From: Escherichia phage vB_EcoM_G17
Strand: one strand, 5' to 3'
Sequence record: MK327931.1
Length of the DNA: 64,000 bases
Shown here: one piece after another, positions 60,742-64,000 of the stretch
Position numbering within the stretch: position 1 is the stretch's first letter
Layout of the letters: every line of letters begins with the position of its first letter
Program-made: the position numbers and the translations under genes
Notes under the pieces: model-generated
The model's database searches: none
The model's input: only the letters and a program-made list of their open reading frames with translations
Told to the model about the DNA's origin: nothing

Positions 60742-60772
60742 AAGGTCAAGCCTATGCTTGGCCTTTTCTTTT
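60742..60772 (+). terminator. Rho-independent terminator
   Basis: 9-bp stem aggtcaagc/gcttggcct (one G-U pair) followed by ttttctttt. Confidence 0.55.
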
Positions 60773-60819
60773 AACTAAAATAAATACATCATATAAATCT
60801 ATTCTGAGGAAATATTTAA

Positions 60820-62784
60820 ATGAGTATAAATCGAATTAGAGGTGATGGTGGTGTAATTATTGATAGTAAATCTTTTTTAGAGTTACCGAAAGCACCATCA
60901 AAAGAAACCGCTGATGTAATAAGATCAGGGATGATTAGATACAATAAGGAATGGAAATCATTTGAAGGTGTTCTGGATTTTGAAGATGGTACTATGGCAT
61001 ATCGCCGCTTTGCAAACTTAGATGCAAATGGTAAACTTCTTACTTCCCAATTACCAGATTCAGTAACTAGTGGTTTACAGTTTGTTGGTACATACAATCC
61101 TATCCCAGATGATATTGATCCACCTTTAGCACAAACACCACTACCAGCACCAGCAGCATCACTAAATGGTGATTATTATGTTGTTCGTGGTATTATGGAT
61201 GCCGCACAAGCCCATTATGAAGCAAATAATCCACAAACAAGTCCTGTTACATTTACACCTACAAATCCAACTGGACAAGGTAATTGGATTGAAATTTTAT
61301 ATTATGTTGACTCTAATCCAAATATATCTGGTGCTAAACTAGTAACATACGCTTTCGCTAGAATTATTCCTGCATCTATTCCTAGTACTGGTCATGATGG
61401 TCTTAAAAATTTAGCAACAGATGCTGACTTAACCAAACCATTTGCTTCAGGTGTTCCAATGAACCAAACCGCACTATCAGATGGTGATTGGATTATTATA
61501 ACTGAAGATAAAAACATACGTCTACGCCAGTCAAGAACAAGCATTTCCGCTGCTTCAGTATTATATGACAATACTGTAATGATTGCAAATCATCGTCAAT
61601 TTAGGACAAACGCAGGGACCGTTCAAACATCCATAGATAACGTTGTGATTGAGTGTTTACGTAGAACTGGTGATTCCATGTATAATGATGGAACAAGCGG
61701 CTCAGGGCGTTTTGGTGTGGTCTATGGTAGTGCAGCAGCACCAGCATTGACATTTAATAACAATCCATTTGATCCAACCAATAACCCAGGTAATGATCCT
61801 GCAAAATGGTCAGACGCTAATACTGGTATGTTTCATCCAGCAGATGATGCAATTGGTTTCAGTACTGCTGGAACTGAACGTATTAGAATTAATAATTCAA
61901 CATTAACATTATACCAAACAACTTCAACCCCAGCATCAACCCCAGTACTAAGATTTGATAATGCAACCAATACTAATGTTGGACTAAGTGCTAGTAGTAA
62001 TATTATTTCATTTAGTTCAATGAATAAAGTACAAGTTGAATTTAAAAATGGTGAAAGTGCGTTTCATGGTAATATTGTGGTTGATGGTACAAGTACATTG
62101 ACTGGTGATACATCAGCTAGTAATATCACTGCTAGTGGTAATTTGAACATTCAAGGTAATACTACATTAGGCGATGCTGCATCTGATACAATTACAGTTA
62201 ATGGAGTTAGTACGTTTACAGCAAACACTAATTTCAATGGAACAACTAATAAATTTAAAAATATAAATCTATTAGCTAATGGTATAATTACATTAGAAAG
62301 TACTACTAATCAAAGTACAATCCAATTAGTTAGTTCTGATTTAAAACTATCAATGGGTAATTATGCTGATGTAAGTATCTATGATAATGGAACTATAAGA
62401 ACACGTTTTAATAGATATGGTATCCAATTACCAGTACTAGCTACTATTGATAACTCTGTTGGCGTTGATGGTATGATTGCATACTCCAATACCGAGCGTA
62501 CTTCAATGCAAAAAGTTCAAGGTCAATGGGTTCCAATTGGTTCAGGTTCAGTGAGAACCGATGCTTTTACAATTTCATCTTGGGTATTAAGTGGTAACTA
62601 CTACACCCTTACTGTAACAGCCTCAAACATCGTCACAGCAGAGATACAGGAACAGGTTAGTCCTGGTGTCTATACTCGTGTTGAGGTCGATAGCGTTACG
62701 TTTAACGGCACTAACGTAGTGTTTAGTATACCTTCAACTCCTGATGTACGTTTCGACGGAAGAACATTGGTAACAATTAGATAA
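60820..62784 (+). CDS. Tail fiber protein
   Basis: 654-aa ORF with GAGGAAA RBS; C-terminal half contains Thr/Gly/Asn beta-strand repeats similar to those of the 1841-aa protein (NIVVDGTSTLTGDTSASNITASGNLNIQGNTTLGDAASDTITVNG). Confidence 0.6.
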   Translation: MSINRIRGDGGVIIDSKSFLELPKAPSKETADVIRSGMIRYNKEWKSFEGVLDFEDGTMAYRRFANLDANGKLLTSQLPDSVTSGLQFVGTYNPIPDDIDPPLAQTPLPAPAASLNGDYYVVRGIMDAAQAHYEANNPQTSPVTFTPTNPTGQGNWIEILYYVDSNPNISGAKLVTYAFARIIPASIPSTGHDGLKNLATDADLTKPFASGVPMNQTALSDGDWIIITEDKNIRLRQSRTSISAASVLYDNTVMIANHRQFRTNAGTVQTSIDNVVIECLRRTGDSMYNDGTSGSGRFGVVYGSAAAPALTFNNNPFDPTNNPGNDPAKWSDANTGMFHPADDAIGFSTAGTERIRINNSTLTLYQTTSTPASTPVLRFDNATNTNVGLSASSNIISFSSMNKVQVEFKNGESAFHGNIVVDGTSTLTGDTSASNITASGNLNIQGNTTLGDAASDTITVNGVSTFTANTNFNGTTNKFKNINLLANGIITLESTTNQSTIQLVSSDLKLSMGNYADVSIYDNGTIRTRFNRYGIQLPVLATIDNSVGVDGMIAYSNTERTSMQKVQGQWVPIGSGSVRTDAFTISSWVLSGNYYTLTVTASNIVTAEIQEQVSPGVYTRVEVDSVTFNGTNVVFSIPSTPDVRFDGRTLVTIR

Positions 62785-62785
62785 T

Positions 62786-62817
62786 AAAAAAGGGAGAACT
62801 GATGTTCTCCCTTTTCG
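62786..62817. terminator. Bidirectional rho-independent terminator between fiber gene and thymidylate synthase gene
   Basis: A-run, 8-bp stem gggagaac/gttctccc (62792-62811), T-run. Confidence 0.65.
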
Positions 62818-62818
62818 T

Positions 62819-63748
62819 TTATACAGCCATAGGTGCTTTAATTGTTGGCATTGGGTTGTAATTCACTAATTTAAAAGAATCCATAGTGAAATCTTCAATA
62901 TTAGTAATTGTAGGATCAAGCCACAATTCAGGTAATTCACGAGGTTTTCGCTGTAGTTGTTCTTTTACTTGTTCAACGTGGTTTTTATAAATGTGACAAT
63001 CACCACCATTCCAAATAAATTCACCAACATCTAAACCAGTAATTTGTGCAATCATATGAGTTAGTAGTGAGTAACTACTGATATTAAATGGAACTCCTAA
63101 AAATAGATCAGCGGAGCGTTGATGCAGAATACAGCTTAGTTTTCCTTGCACTACACAAAATTGCACAAAGCTATGACAAGGTGGTAACGTCATATCATCA
63201 AGCTCACCAACGTTCCATGCACTTAGAATGTGGCGACGGCCATATGGATCGGACTTTATACCTTTGATTAGTTCTTGTAATTGGTCAGTTGTACGTTTCA
63301 TAACAACACCATGTGAACCAGTATAATCGATAACTTTGTATCCTTTATCTTTTAATTCTTGAATTTCTTCAGTACTGGAACTAAATTTATAATCTTCCCA
63401 TTCACGCCATTGCTTACCATACACTGGACCTAACTCACCATCAGTATAACCAAGAGCAACGCCTTGATTTAGGTAATTATCTGTCCAAATAGTTTTCTTT
63501 TCTGTATCACGAGTTCCATGCAAAATTTCACAAAGGCGACGCTCATCATGGGAACCTTCAATAAACCATAGTAATTCTGAAGTCATTGCTTTCCAAGCTA
63601 GACGTTTTGTCGTCACTGCTGGGAAACCATCTTTAAGGTCAAAACGCATTTGTTGACCGATAAGTTTGATTGTTCCAACACCAGTACGGTCAACGCTTTC
63701 TACGCCTTCATCTAGAATTTTTTGATATAGTTCTTGTAGTTGTTTCAT
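62819..63748 (-). CDS. td: Thymidylate synthase (ThyA/Td type), uninterrupted
   Basis: 309-aa ORF with hallmark blocks GPVYGKQWR, RRHILSAWNVGELDDMTLPPCHSFVQF (catalytic Cys), SCILHQRSADLFLGVPFNISSYSLLTHMIAQ, and C-terminal IKAPMAV. Confidence 0.95.
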   Translation of the reverse strand: MKQLQELYQKILDEGVESVDRTGVGTIKLIGQQMRFDLKDGFPAVTTKRLAWKAMTSELLWFIEGSHDERRLCEILHGTRDTEKKTIWTDNYLNQGVALGYTDGELGPVYGKQWREWEDYKFSSSTEEIQELKDKGYKVIDYTGSHGVVMKRTTDQLQELIKGIKSDPYGRRHILSAWNVGELDDMTLPPCHSFVQFCVVQGKLSCILHQRSADLFLGVPFNISSYSLLTHMIAQITGLDVGEFIWNGGDCHIYKNHVEQVKEQLQRKPRELPELWLDPTITNIEDFTMDSFKLVNYNPMPTIKAPMAV

Positions 63749-64000
63749 TATTCTTCCTTGAAAAATGTAATAAAATGTTCCATATGTTTTTCGGTGGCAT
63801 TGCGTGAACCAATACCAGTCCAGTTACCATGTGGTGCTGGAACGACGAATGTTTGTGTGAACTCTTTCAGTACTGTATCGAAATAAAATACTGAACGTGA
63901 ATTCATATCATAACAATAAATTTCAGGATTTTCAACTGAATCCATATACATCTGTACTGCCCATGCAGTACCACCACTTACCTTAGTTGGTGATGTGATA
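63748..64000 (-). CDS. Probable dihydrofolate reductase, C-terminal fragment (5' end beyond window)
   Basis: Minus-strand frame is open from the window edge to the stop at 63748-63750; the stop overlaps the td start (TAATG). Gly-Gly followed by a hydrophobic/aromatic stretch is loosely DHFR-like, and frd-td adjacency matches T4; sequence evidence alone is weak. Confidence 0.35.
   Translation of the reverse strand, partial: ITSPTKVSGGTAWAVQMYMDSVENPEIYCYDMNSRSVFYFDTVLKEFTQTFVVPAPHGNWTGIGSRNATEKHMEHFITFFKEE

Noticed and set aside
62819-63748. Group I intron in thymidylate synthase (as in T4 td)
   Set aside because: The td reading frame is continuous over 309 codons with all conserved blocks in order; there is no room for an intron.
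1-64000. Integrase, transposase or IS-element signatures
   Set aside because: No ORF shows tyrosine/serine recombinase or DDE transposase motifs and no terminal inverted repeats flank any block; the only mobile-element-like genes are the small GIY-YIG-like ORFs, reported separately.

Overview
This window reads as a segment of a large, AT-rich T4-like myovirus genome, possibly a jumbo relative, with core genes recognisable by motif but a gene order that differs from T4. On the minus strand at the left: the N-terminal two-thirds of the DNA polymerase, a tail-fiber plus Tfa-chaperone cassette, three small genes (two with GIY-YIG-like T5orf172 motifs), then a head module ending in the portal (major capsid, scaffold, protease, acidic core protein, small gp67-position protein, portal) and a 734-aa virion protein. 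In the middle: an ORF-free ~0.83 kb region, an endonuclease VII-like gene, and gp46/gp47/gp55 homologues. A plus-strand baseplate block follows (gpV/gp5-like spike ending in a lysozyme domain, free endolysin, gp25, gp6-like, a 3333-aa ORF), then a convergent ClpA-like AAA+ unfoldase, neck and gp15-like genes, a Nudix hydrolase, several fiber/spike genes (one 1841 aa and highly repetitive), and thymidylate synthase with a probable DHFR fragment at the right edge. Five exact TATAAATA late-promoter boxes and many hairpin-plus-T-run terminators are visible. Most worth a second look: the phage-encoded ClpA, the ORF-free structured region, the giant ORF, the endo VII homologue with all four zinc cysteines replaced, and the spike with a degenerate M23-like domain plus terminal lysozyme. 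All homology calls are from reading motifs against remembered sequences; no database search was run. The track shows TTG/GTG starts as M, so several starts were moved to an ATG with a Shine-Dalgarno.
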